This document shows positions 40,973-53,689 of a stretch of 64,000 nt of DNA, piece by piece. The notes beneath the pieces were generated by a model. That model did not search any database, had not been told where the DNA came from, and was given only the letters and a program-made list of their open reading frames with translations. Made by a program: the position numbers and the translations under genes. The DNA is taken from assembly GCF_006345805.1 (NCBI RefSeq), contig NC_042999.1, forward strand, positions 172,980,001-173,044,000, written 5' to 3'. Source of the stretch: Octopus sinensis (Eukaryota). The stretch's first letter is position 1. Each line of letters begins with the position of its first letter.

Positions 40973-41426
40973 GAAAAACTAGGAATAAAGGTGCTTCCCG
41001 TGACATAGGCGTATGAGGACGGTTTCCCGGATTTTGAGGCATATATATTCCTCCGATGTACGCCGGACAATAGCAGAATTACTCAATTTTAGCAGCTGAG
41101 TGGACTGGAGCAACGCAAAATGAACTGTTTCAATCAAGAACACAACACATCGCCCCGTCCAGGAATCAAAACCACAAACTTATTTATTGTAGTTTATGAG
41201 AGCAATAAAGATTTCGACATAAAATATACAGCCAGATTTATAGTACAACAAAGATGATAGTTATTTCTTCTATGCGTTTCTGATGCTTGTTTATCAAAGT
41301 GTAATGGATGACATGATTTTTTAAACCATGATTTTTTCGAACTCTTTGTGGAGACCCACCCAGTCAGACTCTGAATTATCTATTAGCACACTCAAACACA
41401 CAAAGATCGTCACACATGCAAACTCA

Positions 41427-42293
41427 TATGAGGTGGTATCAAAGTTCCCGGACTAGTTATCCTTAAGAAAAATAAGTTATTATTTGATTAAATTTTAACA
41501 TCATCCCCTTCGAAATAGTCACCTTCCGCAGAACTACACCGGTTCCAGCGTTTCTGCCACTTGAAAATCCGTCCGGTTTGGAAGTGGTTTTCCATAAGCG
41601 AGTCAAGGACCTTCTGCGATCGGCTCTTCATCTCGACAACGGCGTTAAAGCGGTGAACTTTTCGTTGCCTTTTTACTTTGGGGAAGAGATGGAAGTCCGC
41701 AGGTGTTAACTGGGGAACAGGGTGTGTGTGGAAGCGATATCATGTTTTTGAAGAGAAACCCTCGAGTGAGGATAGCTTAGTGACAGAGTGCATTGACGTC
41801 GCGAAGAATCCAATTTTTCTCGCTTTCCAGGTCTGGTCACTTTCACCTCGTGTCCTCTCTCAAGCGCTTCAAAACGTCGCAGTAGAACTGCCTTGTTGGG
41901 AGAGGGGCGGAATCTGATGCACAGTTAGGCGGATGTCGGAAAAAATGGTGAACAAGCTGTTGAGCTGCGGCTTTGTCGTGCTTTCTTCGGCCGTGGAAAT
42001 GAACGGTTATTCTATTATGAAGACTGTTGTTTCGTCTTTGACGCACGGTCAATGTCTGTAGCATACGGCCCAAGTTTACCGCAAAATTTCACATAGTCTC
42101 CTTCCAGCTTCAATGAGAAAATTCGCAGACTATATCATAGATGTGATCACAAAAACATAATTTTCACAAATTGTGAAGTAAACTCAGCGATGGCACTTGG
42201 CACACTACTCCATAAAAATCATTGCTTGTTTTCACTCCACACGCAACCTTGTGCTACAGAACTAGTCAGGGAACTTTCTGATACTACTACGTA
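41427..42293 (-). mobile_element. Internally deleted mariner (Tc1/mariner) transposon with TIRs and TA target-site duplication
   Basis: TIRs TA-tgaggtggtatcaaagttcccggactagtt / aactagtcagggaactttctgatactactacg-TA. Minus-strand remnants FYCDVLKRLRE, NWILRDVNALCH, WQKRWNRC and GDYFEG. Confidence 0.85.
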
Positions 42294-42294
42294 C

Positions 42295-42695
42295 ACATAT
42301 ATATATTCATATATATGAAAACACACACACACTATATATATATAACATACATATATATATATATGTATGTATATATATGTATATATATGTATAATATATA
42401 TATGTATATATATGTATATATATATATATAATATATATATATGGTATATATGTGTATATATATATGTATATATATATATATATGTATATATATGGTTATA
42501 TATATGTATATATATATATTGTATATATATGTATATATATATGTATATATATGTATATATATGGATATATATATATATATGTATATATATGTATATATAT
42601 GTATATATATGTATATATATATGTATATATATATATATGTATATATTATATATATATGTATATATTATATGTTATATATAATATATATGTATATA

Positions 42696-42745
<50 letters not shown>

Positions 42746-42770
42746 CTATATATATACGCACACATATTTG
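42295..42770. repeat. Degenerate (TA)n / (TATATATATG)n-like tract
   Basis: Directly visible. Confidence 0.9.
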
Positions 42771-43954
42771 CGTACGTACATAAAAACATTGTGTATATTT
42801 AGGGATATTACTCATAATGCTTGTATTTGTTTACAGAACATATAAAGCGTTACTTCAACTCTTATTGTTGATGTTCACAGGCAGTGGTTCAGATCATGAC
42901 ATTTGCATCGAAATTTAAATTCTTAATTTTACTATTTGACATCTTTAAACAAATAAACATTCAGCAATCACTGACATTCATTTAATATATGTTGTATTTT
43001 GGGTTTAAAGAATTTAAAATTTTGTTCCGTAATAGCAATTGAGATAAAGATAGTCTTCGTTTCTCCAATATTTTTTCTTTTCTTTCTCAGTAACAAATAC
43101 AAAGTTTATTTTTAATTCTTAAATGATATCTACCGATGACAGTCATTTTGCTGTATATCAATATTGAAAATTAAAACTCCATTTGAATCTTACCATACGA
43201 GATTAGTTGTCTGTTAATTTTGTTTGTAAAACAATGTATAATATTCTACATAAAACAAGGAAAATAATTATTGTCCTACATGTGTTTTTATTACAAGTAC
43301 GATTAATCCTCGATGCCTCTTATTTGAGACAGTGTATGCAATAAAATACTAATCCGATTCTTTTCATTACGATTGTTATTAATCTTAGAGTAAAGTCTGA
43401 ATATTTCTCTTAAGAATAAATATAAATGGTTGTCTTTTTTTTAAAATTTCAATCAGAAATATGAGCAACCGTTACCTTTATGACTGATAAACTGAGACAT
43501 ATACTAAACACCTCCTATATTACATGATAATGTATTAAACGTCATGAATTTCAGAAAGCTTTGAATAAATATAATGAAATAAAAGGAAGTCATCTTGAGA
43601 CATTTGGCCCAATCTAGCAATACTTTTCCACACACAGAAAATGTGTGTGTGTGTGTTTGTTTGTATGTGCGTATGTATGTGTGTGAATGTATTTTTGCGT
43701 GTATGTATATATTTATGTATGTACATACAAGAAACTGAAAGTTGTAAACTTCAGGACTCTAGCTGTTACATTGAACATATTAGTACAACAATCCTTCCTC
43801 GTCTACTTGGCTGACCATATATTTAAAAGGAGTTACCGCAAATCAAAATTATATATATATAATTGTATATTGTATATATTGTGAGTGTGGGATTTGTTTC
43901 AGAGTGTATGCATATTATTTTGGGATATATAAATGTCTATATCTATCTATATAT

Positions 43955-44159
43955 GTTTGTTCCTTCTCGAGCTATGCCTGGCTCATAGGGCCGGTATCCC
44001 GGTTTCCGTGACGTATAGGTTCCCCACTTGGACAGGATGCCGATCCATCGCAGGTGAGCTGCAAGATGCAGGAGGAAAGACAGAGAGAAAGTTGTGGCGA
44101 AAGAGTCAGCAGAAGTTCGCCATTACCTTCTGCCGGAGCCGAGTGGAGCTTAGGTGCTC
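43955..44159 (-). mobile_element. 5'-truncated copy of the 7827-8130 SINE
   Basis: Reverse complement aligns to ~7925-8130. Confidence 0.85.
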
Positions 44160-44998
44160 TAACTTACTAGGCCATGTGCCTCCATAGATAGATATAGACA
44201 TAGATATACACATACATACATACATACATACATACATACATAAATTTATACATACCTGCATATATCCATACATGCATACATACATACTTACATCCATGCA
44301 TCCATGCATACGTACATTCATACACGTACAAGTTAATTCCCTTTCTTATTCATTTCTTATTCTATCCTCCCATATTCCTTTTTTCCTTTTTTTTTTTGAA
44401 AGAATGACACATTAGATATACTAGCCTTATAATTTTTCCTCTTGGTTATTTTTTATCAGAAATAGTATATTCATTCTCGATCTCTTTCTCGTCTTTCATT
44501 CGCTCCCTTAATTCTATTTGTCTCTCAAGTCTTACATTTACTCTCTTAATTCCTATCTGTCCCTCAAGTCTTACATTTACATCTCCTACATCTTTAATCC
44601 TCATATATCTTCATTTTTCATAACAAAACTCTCCCTCGTTTACGTCTTTTACGTCATAATTCCTTCCCTGTCAAATAATTTCTTATTGCCTTCTGTTTCT
44701 AAAACAATTTTTTCATCTTTATCTTCCCCTTTTCTTTCCTCTTTCTGTTTGTTCCTTCATACCCCTTCAACTTTCTTTATTCTTCCATCCTCTTCTTATC
44801 CACTTGCTTCTCTTCCAACATGGGATTAGCATCAATAATCCAAGTGTTATTTGCTAAAGTGTCTTGATATATTCAGAATTATCTCCTTAGTCATATTTCA
44901 TATTAATTTCCCAACAGAAAATGGAACACGCTATCTCCCCACTTCTCTCTCTCTCTCTCTCTCGCTCTCAATATTAATATGTATATAAATATTTGTGA

Positions 44999-45044
<46 letters not shown>

Positions 45045-45197
45045 GTATGTATACATATGCAACATATATATATATATACACAAATACACACATATAATAT
45101 ACATGTGCATTTTAAGTATATGGATAACATATCTGTATACATATATACATAAATATGTATGTAAATATATGTGTATATATACATATATATATACATA

Positions 45198-45262
<65 letters not shown>

Positions 45263-45949
45263 TCAATACTATAATATATTAGTTTGTAAAATAAAGGAAT
45301 GACTAACTCTTATCCCATTATTTCATATGATGAGAAATGTTCAGTTATATCTTCAAATCATAGCTTCAAACAAAAAATAACTTTTATTTTGAATTTCTTT
45401 CTTTTATATTATTTTGCATATTTTATCTTTTTAGATTTCAGAGATTCTTGTTATTATTAATTGTTATTAATTTGAATAAATATATCTTCATTTATGACAA
45501 TAAAATCGTTTTTTTTTTCGTATATATTTAATATTCAATTTTCAAATTTAATTTTAATTTTTTTACGTAGGTATAGCACTATTGTTCATTACATTCCTCG
45601 TGATTCTGAAGAATCACGAGGTTCGTGGGAGGACACTTCCTCGTGATTCTGAAGAAGCATGGTACCGTGGTCTCAGTGAGAAAATTGGAAAATACATATT
45701 CTCTTTCATTAATTCATTCATACATACATACATACATACATACATACATGCATGCATACATACATACATACATACATACATACATACATACATACATACA
45801 TGTATGTATGGTAATCACTCAACCTCTAAAGATGATTGTCTTCTCTCTAAATTTCGCCGTTGCTAATGGTATTTCTGACCTGCCTATGCAGTCTCGCGGC
45901 AGTTTTGTACATTTTGAAACTTAGCTTACAGGGGGGAAATCTTAACAGT

Positions 45950-46230
45950 CATTTGATTAATAGGATCAGTCTGTGAGATATGATTCCTGTGAACGAACAC
46001 ACCTTGAAACAACCGGTTGCATGTAGTAAGTTGACCTTTCATTGGACTTCAGACGATTACCATACCCCGACATTTTTCCTGCCTCCAGCGTTTTGAGTCT
46101 GATGTCAGTACTTTCAAAGCCAGCCCCTTGGGCTATCACTTTCAAGGCGACTCTCTTCCAACGATTTACAACTTTCCAAAGCTAGTTCTTCCCAATTCTT
46201 TACATTGATTTGCAGTTCCTTCATACATAC
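45950..46230 (-). mobile_element. RTE-like LINE 3' end remnant
   Basis: Minus strand MKELQINVKNWEELALE..FESTD, then an eroded C-terminal Cys/His region ending in tctcacagact (SH.R.-like), as in RTE ORF ends. Confidence 0.55.
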
Positions 46231-46231
46231 T

Positions 46232-46520
46232 TTGTGAGTGGATTTGGTAGACGGAAACTGAAAGAAGCCCGTCTATTACATATATGTGTGTGTTTGTGTG
46301 TATGTGTGTGTATGTGTCTTTTTATCTGTCGTTGTCCGTTATAACCGCTTGACAGCCGGTGTTGGTGTGTCTATGTTCCCTTAACTTAGCGATTCGGTAA
46401 TAGAGAGGGATAGAATAAGTACCAGACTTAAAAAGATATAAATAATTCGACTAAAATGTCATCAATGTGGTGTTCCAGCATGGCCGCAGTCTAATGACTG
46501 AAACAAGTAAATGATAAAAA
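46232..46520 (+). mobile_element. SINE, 5'-truncated (family of 62781-63210); a further 3' fragment lies at ~46965-47085
   Basis: ctttgtgagtggatttggtagacggaaactgaaagaag..(TG)n..gatagaataagtac..ccagcatgg..tgaaacaagtaa is shared with 62781-63210. Confidence 0.8.
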
Positions 46521-47095
46521 TACATACATACATATATATATACATACATGATGATGATGAATGTCCACTTGTGACCGAGAAAGTCCATCACTGACCATGA
46601 CTGATCATTGCCCATCCAAAATGCCAACAATGACCGTAAATGAGGTGAATGCACCAGCGGTTAGCTTCGGTTGACTGAACATCGGACGGCCGTCTCAGTT
46701 CGTGTGAACAATGTAAAACTTTAGGTCCAATAAGGCTTCCAAATCAGTTTATAGACACTTTCCACCCTACTGATATGATTGAGTGACATGCTATCTCAGG
46801 ATATTCAGTACCAGTGAGGGTTGTAGACTCAGGAGTACGGGAGCTCCCTGATCTGGTGTGAAAGTAACAGTCCTTTAAAGTGTGCCATACCATTCCCAGT
46901 ATATCCGATGTGAAATCAATTCAAATAGGAATTGAGATTGAAAATTGGCCACCAAACAGAAAAGATTCGACCGATAGAATAAGTACTAGGCTTAGCAAAT
47001 GAATAACTCGATTCATTCGATTAACAGTTAATCAAAGCAGTGCCCCAGCATGGCTGTTGATCGATGATTGAAACAAGTAAAACGTAATAGACATC

Positions 47096-47132
<37 letters not shown>

Positions 47133-47159
47133 ATATATCGTGCAATGGCAATGGCCGAT

Positions 47160-48085
47160 TATAAGGTCTCTATTAAAAATGAAAAAAGCCCATGATTGAG
47201 ATAATATTTATTCGTTAACATGATTTCCATTACTTTCTAGAACTTCATTCCATCTGTCAACAAACTTATGATGCGAAAGATAAATCCAACTCATTTTCAA
47301 CTTCTTTTCTTGATATCAATCTAACACCATTCAAATGGTTCTGTAGTCCCCGAAACAAATAATAATCAGAAGGAGCAAGGTCCGGAGAATTAGGACGATG
47401 AAGCAATATTTCCTAACCAAGCTTTTCCAAGAGATCTTTCGTCAGTCGTGCTGTGTGAGGTCGATCATTATGAAGCTGAAAGATGACACTCTTTCTTTTG
47501 AATAAGCAGGATCACTCCATTCAAAGCATCTTTCAGTCAATGAAGATGATCACTGCAGAGATTAGCAGTAACTATTTGATTGATGTCTAACTGTTCGTAA
47601 TGGACAATTGCTTCAATATCTCACCATACACTCAACATGATCTTCCTTGGATGAAGTACTCCTCTTGGTTGTTGAAAAAAGTCTTCCTCCTCGACCGATC
47701 CAAGAACGGCGGCGTTTAACGATATGGTAAAGGATTCACTTCTCATCACGTGTAACAAGCCTTTCTAAAAATGGTTCTTTAAGGTGTCGTGAAACCAATT
47801 GACAACAGACAACGGACCACATACTGTTGCAGATTCTCTGCAGACAGCTCGTGTGGGACCCATTTTCCAAACACTGAAACATTTCCGGTCCTTTTCAGTT
47901 GGCGTAGAACTTTTGTATGGGCTACGTTAAACTTTTCATCAAATTCTTTACAATTAGTGGTTGGATTTTCTGTGACATCTTCCAACTTATCGGAATCAAG
48001 TTGTTTTTGAAAGACTTTCTTTTTGGCTCAACTTTCAAACTCAAATCCCCACTTCTGAAGTGATAAAACCATCTCCGGCAACTTA
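47160..48085 (-). mobile_element. Degraded mariner transposase (Hsmar1/cecropia-like), 5'-truncated
   Basis: WFYHFRSGD, GKWVPHELS and FQLHNDRPHTARLTKDLLEKLG*EILLHRPNSPDLAPSDYYLFRGLQNHLNG. Confidence 0.9.
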
Positions 48086-48399
48086 TTTCATTCCCTGCTT
48101 TATGAGATCTAGTTGTCTTTCTTCAGGCGATATGTAACTAATGTCTCCATAAGCTCCAAATCTCGGCTTTAAGAGCATCCTCTCTGTCCGTGGTGGCCTG
48201 AATTTATTAGTAGCCACTGAGTTTATCAAGGTGAGTTTCTGCAGCAGGACCGTTGGCAAACCGCTTTGAATATGTAGATGTAGTGGGATGGTGATTCTGC
48301 AACTGTTAAAGTAGTTGCCGTTTAAATGGATTAGCATCTGATTTCTTCGTACTGATTAATTTTGTACTGATTTCTTTGTACTTAATCCGATGGCACTGC

Positions 48400-48910
48400 T
48401 AGGCACTATAAGGTTATGACAGCTAACGATTCCAAGAGAAGATACTCCCAGCATATTCACTCGTTTAGATCCAGGAACAGAGAGAACTTTACTTCCCTGC
48501 CTCATTTTCTCTGGAGACTCCATGATCTCCGAGATGAAATACCCAACATCAAGAGGACTATTGTAGATAGAGCACCACCATATTCCCCGGTGACCCCAAC
48601 TGCCAGCTCTACCTCCGCGAAAAACTGCATATCCTTAAACAACTCGCAGTATCCATCAATAAGAAATATGATTTATTGCATTGCTGTTATCAGAGATATG
48701 CCCTTTTCGCAAATTTCAGGCCTTTAATTGCCGACAACCCAGATATATGCCACCTCAACACCAGTTGCTACTCTGCACCGCCTTCACCAAGGTCACTGCT
48801 ACCAACCAACTCCATGTGCAGGACCACCATTTACCAATCCCCAACGTTCACAGCCAACACATACCAAACCCCAACCCAGACCAATTTCCAACACTTACCA
48901 ATTCCCAACG
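48400..48910 (+). mobile_element. Penelope-like element 3' end (GIY-YIG endonuclease C-terminal half + C/A-rich tail)
   Basis: KRRYSQHIHSFRSRNRENFTSL..IKRTIVDRAPPYSP then, after a frameshift, CQLYLREKLHILKQ..INKKYDLLHCC. Confidence 0.8.
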
Positions 48911-48917
48911 CCTAGTT

Positions 48918-49265
48918 ACCGCGTGTATACTCGCGCATGCGCGCGTGCACATGCATTTGTGCACGCGCATGCGAATGCACCCGCACACTGGTACGTATGT
49001 GCACATGCATGCGAATATAAATATGTACATATGAATGTACATATTTATACGCATGTGTGTATGCGTGTATGTGTCTGCTTGTATGCGTATGTGTGTGTAT
49101 GTGTATGCGTATGGGTGTGCATGTGTGTGCGTGTGCGCGCGTGCGTATCGTCCTGGCGTGTATGCGTGAGTGTGTGTGAGTGTGTGCAGACTTGCGCGTG
49201 CGCGCCCATTTACTGGCACGCACACTCGCATCAATATACACATGCACGTCTACATACCCACATAT
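48918..49265. repeat. CG-rich alternating purine-pyrimidine low-complexity tract
   Basis: Mosaic of (CG), (CA), (TG) and (TA) dinucleotides. Confidence 0.85.
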
Positions 49266-49722
49266 AGAACTATACACTTGCATATGTCGCCCCTTCCTAC
49301 TTCCCCCCACAACCTGACAGATTTCTAAACGCTACGTGGTCTATTTCATGTCTTCCATGCGGATAATTTCATGTTCGTCTTACGGTATTTTCCAACTAAC
49401 TGTAACCCATAGACTAGCATCAAACCACGACGCCGCGTGACCTTCCTAGACTAATCGTAGCCCAGCTTACGATAGTAACACTCAGCCTCTGTCATTCGAA
49501 TCCATAATGGCTGACGACTAGCATCACACTTGAAACTCAAGAATACCAACGAATTTGAATCAAAATGTTTTGAACCATAAATGTAACTCCCAATAAATTG
49601 GTACAGTGCTCTTCTTTCATTTCTCCACTCACTCGTATATATGTGTGTGTGTATGTATGTGTGTGTGTCTGTGTGTGTATGTATGTGTGTGTGTCTGTGT
49701 GTGTATGTATACACACACATAG

Positions 49723-49761
<39 letters not shown>

Positions 49762-49767
49762 TATTTG

Positions 49768-49798
<31 letters not shown>

Positions 49799-50064
49799 TA
49801 TATATAAGTTTAACAATTAAGGATAATCTCTTAATAAGGGATCTTAACAAGAAATTATCGGGTAGCTAGCGTGAAAACCTCATAAAAGAAAAGAATTCGA
49901 AAATAATTTTTTCTTTTGAACAAATTAATTATATCTATATTGTATAGAGGGCATTATTACACATAAATGCCTCACACTAGGAGGGACAAAGTCATTACTA
50001 CCAAAATTATACTAATCATACCCAAATGCAGTTTTTCAAAGCAAGACATTTAAAAAATGAATTT

Positions 50065-50122
50065 AGTTCTGTATCACCGTGATTTCACATTCAACTTACG
50101 TCTAATGATCGTCAGCAGAACT
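50065..50122 (-). ncRNA. Type I hammerhead ribozyme motif (left arm of the IR, identical mirror copy)
   Basis: Exact reverse complement of 50419-50476. Confidence 0.75.
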
Positions 50123-50418
50123 GATTCTGAACACATCATAAATAAACTACCAACCTTACGTAGCGAAGACGAACAGACAACTGCTCACTCCGGCCAAGCA
50201 CATGGAATGTTTATAAATCATATATCCGGTAAATGGCGGGCTTAATTGTTAAACTTATTCCGAAATACTTTTCATTACCCGACATGCAGTTCGTAAAAAG
50301 CCCGCCATTTACCGGATATATGATTTATAAACATTCCATGTGCTTGGCCGGAGTGAGCAGTTGTCTGTTCGTCTTCGCTACGTAAGGTTGGTAGTTTATT
50401 TATGATGTGTTCAGAATC

Positions 50419-50476
50419 AGTTCTGCTGACGATCATTAGACGTAAGTTGAATGTGAAATCACGGTGATACAGAACT
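50419..50476 (+). ncRNA. Type I hammerhead ribozyme motif (right arm of the IR)
   Basis: Stem I AGTTCTG/CAGAACT (7 bp); core CTGACGA; stem II T-CATT-A-GAC(GTAA)GTT-G-AATG-T; GAA; stem III ATCAC(G)GTGAT; predicted cleavage triplet AUA (after 50469). Confidence 0.75.
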
Positions 50477-50597
50477 AAATTCATTTTTTAAATGTCTTGC
50501 TTTGAAAAACTGCATTTGGGTATGATTAGTATAATTTTGGTAGTAATGACTTTGTCCCTCCTAGTGTGAGGCATTTATGTGTAATAATGCCCTCTAT

Positions 50598-50649
<52 letters not shown>

Positions 50650-52559
50650 TACATATATATATATTGTATATGTGTGTATATATATGAATGTGTATGTGTG
50701 CATGAATTTGTATACTAATGACCACTATATAAGTGGATTTGTATAAAACTATATCAAACGTTAAGAGTAAAAGCGTATAATATCAAAGATTATTCGCACA
50801 TGACATTGCTATATTTTAATTTTTAATACGCAAGAAGACGACTTATTTTAGAAGACGCCTGTAGTCACATACAACGATACTCCGTACATAGGATGCACTT
50901 ATTTTATTTCTACTAGATCAATGTCCTTTTGAGTTCCGAGTGTGCAAGGAATTAAGTAAACACCAGAAGGGTTTTATGCGATCTATCCCTTTATCTTAAG
51001 TATTGACATACGTATATTGATATTGACACACGTGTCATATTAGGTATAAGAATTTTCTTATGGTTGCATAAAATACACGAAGCAATGATAAATGATATTA
51101 ACATTTCGGAGAAACATAATATCTCAGATTTAACAGAGATAGCAACAAATATCCTTTAGCTCCTAAAAAACCTTGATGTACCTTTTAGTTCTTAAAATCA
51201 GCTTTTCCAGCTACCGTTCTCTCATGCTCATCAACCCACTAAAACCTAATCTATGCTAAAACAGCAGGCTGATTTGCCCTCTTATCTATGGAAGGACACC
51301 AAGATATAGAATGATTGATCTCTAATAAGCAAATAAATATATTTGCTTCTTCTAATTATTTTTCGCTGTTATCTTTCAATCACCAAACCAATTCTTGTAG
51401 ACTTCACAAGAATTAATACTTCAATCAAACCTATTACTGCCAATAATGCAGCACCCCAGAAAAGCTATGATCTTCTGTAACGATATTATCTCTATAAAAG
51501 TGGCAACATTGAACTCATTGATGTGAATATTATATAACATATTAGATAATACATCTACAATCCTTACACGAGAGGTTTTAACCGGCGGGTAAGACAAGAT
51601 TTCTCCTTCGAATCTTCAAACCCCTGAAAATGTTTCGAAACCACAAACCCCTGAAAATGTTTCAGAGAGACCTTACTTTCAAGTACAGTGTTTACAGAAC
51701 TTAGGAGGACTGTAAAATGTTTGGATTTAGGTAATCCCAACAACAGAAGAATCCATTGAAGCAGCATGTTGGGTTTAAAATCTTACAATGAATCCTAAAA
51801 CTCATCCACATACTTTTAAATACATTAGCTTAGGACCCACAACAGATTTATCTAACAGGTGAGGCTTAGTTAGAATTTTCTTAAGGTCCAGTAGCCGAAC
51901 CCGATCAAAAGGTTCCTGTTTATTTAAGGATGATGAACAAAACACCAATGTTTCCGGAGGTGATTAATTCAAACACCAAAGAATTACTCGCAGATCCTTG
52001 TTGCAAATAATTTTATGTGGATTTATTGAAGAATTGTCTCTTACACACGTCGCAACAAATTATATTTCCTACACAATATATTCGCCACCCCATTAATATA
52101 GTACTATATTTCAAAAATATCTGTAGAGTGAATAACGTTACGATTTCTATTAAATATTTGAAAAGATAATGCTTTTACGTACATGGCATTTAATAAGCGA
52201 AAAATCGCTCATCTACATGATAACTGTTATGTCGCAATACTACACAGTGGCTGTGTGAGCTACGAAATCCTCGTCGCCCCTGTTATGTCGCACATCCGGA
52301 TGATTTCTACTCAACTCGACTCCTCTACTCTTTTCTCTTGCCGCTACTCTCTCGACGTCTAGACTTCTCCCTCTATATCTATGTATTGGGCTAGTCTACT
52401 TCATCGTCTGGGGGTGTCCACACAACAATAACAAAAAATGAAAATGTGAAGTGTCAGTCCTCCACGCGTCTCAATCACACGGATTTAATTACTAGAAACT
52501 TTGCAGATCGCCCCGATGAGGACAATGCATACATATGAACGTAATCTATAAAATATGAG

Positions 52560-52960
52560 GTAGTTATACAATACAGCAGCAAATTTTACATGGGAACCAC
52601 TATTGACCCTGTGAAATAATGTATCTCTATGCATTGCCACTCTTTGAATCAGGGACATAAGCACTCTAGCTGCGTATATCCAGGAATTAGATGATCTTAA
52701 AATAAAATATGAACTGAAATAATAGTATATAGGTCTTCCAATCAGCTACCTCACTAGCTGAATACATCCAGGAATTAGAAGATCATAAGATATAAGCTGA
52801 AATACTGTATACAGGGACAAGCAATAACTTACTGGATTCGGGAATCCCTGTGGGTCATGTAGAATGGAAGAGCTGAAAATATATTGGCTAATAATAAACA
52901 CAATATATATCTAATAGTGAACACTTTCTTAAAAATAGAGTAAGGTAGAGGTATACTGCA
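52560..52960 (+). mobile_element. Penelope GIY-YIG remnant with internal tandem duplication
   Basis: MHCHSLNQGHK then, after a frameshift, TLAAYIQELDDLKIKYELK, repeated as LAEYIQELEDHKI..LKYCIQG. Confidence 0.6.
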
Positions 52961-53347
52961 CAAATAGAAAGAATGGAACATTCCGACATAGCTGAATGGC
53001 GAAATACTTCAACTAAGGATTTGCGGCAGAGAGGATTCGTGGCCTCAGGTTCCTCATGACTGTCGTGCGCCTAATAGAATTTTGTAACGCCCTCTACACA
53101 AACACACCTGAATGAACACCCATACGAGGGACTCACCTAATCTCATCTGTCTGAGTATATATTCCGTGAATGTGCTCAGGAAAGTACCGGATAACAGCAT
53201 GCCAGATCGACATCTTCATGGAGATCCAGTTTGTATACGACATTTTACTGCAGTTAAATGCGCTCCCGGAGAAGAGTCACCTAGCATACAGAATATAGAA
53301 GTGAGTATTTGTGTACGTGTGTGTATATGGGTGAGTGTAGGTGTTCG

Positions 53348-53388
<41 letters not shown>

Positions 53389-53397
53389 CAAATAGCC

Positions 53398-53460
53398 AGA
53401 TAACTGAAGAGATGGTGTTGTGGATTTCCACTTCGGCATCTGAAACTCAGAGTTTTATCT
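53398..53460 (+). ncRNA. Type I hammerhead-like motif in a probable PLE pLTR
   Basis: Stem I AGATAA/TTATCT; core CTGAAGA; stem II GATG..CATC plus one extra T; GAA; stem III ACTC(A)GAGT; triplet GUU. Confidence 0.55.
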
Positions 53461-53514
53461 TGACTACCGAGTAATGTAACATATTGTATAGATATATATA
53501 TATATATTATATAT

Positions 53515-53566
<52 letters not shown>

Positions 53567-53689
53567 ATCCAAACAAGAAAGCACAAAAAAACACAACAAC
53601 GCGATGACAACACCCAGTCCGAATAGCCGTATCAAATCTTACTCGAGACTGACATACTTTAATAACCACTAAGTAATCACACACATTAT

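Larger units (their letters stand above)
49936..50605. repeat. Perfect 308-bp inverted repeat with 54-bp spacer, probably PLE-derived
   Basis: 49936-50243 is the exact reverse complement of 50298-50605 (checked block by block); (TA)n tracts at ~49735-49805 and 50600-50660 bound the unit. Confidence 0.95.

Noticed and set aside
30640-44830. Dozens of 60-150 aa ORFs rich in Ile/Tyr, Cys/Val or His/Thr (also at 6543-6901, 10810-11262, 17208-17577, 44931-45282, 48728-49850 and 59319-59978)
   Set aside because: They are translations of (TA)n, (TG)n and (CA)n microsatellites, which lack stop codons in some frames; no domain signal.
50057-50484. Two near-identical ORFs on opposite strands (50057-50245 +, 50275-50484 -)
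   Set aside because: A by-product of the perfect inverted repeat; no recognisable protein motif.
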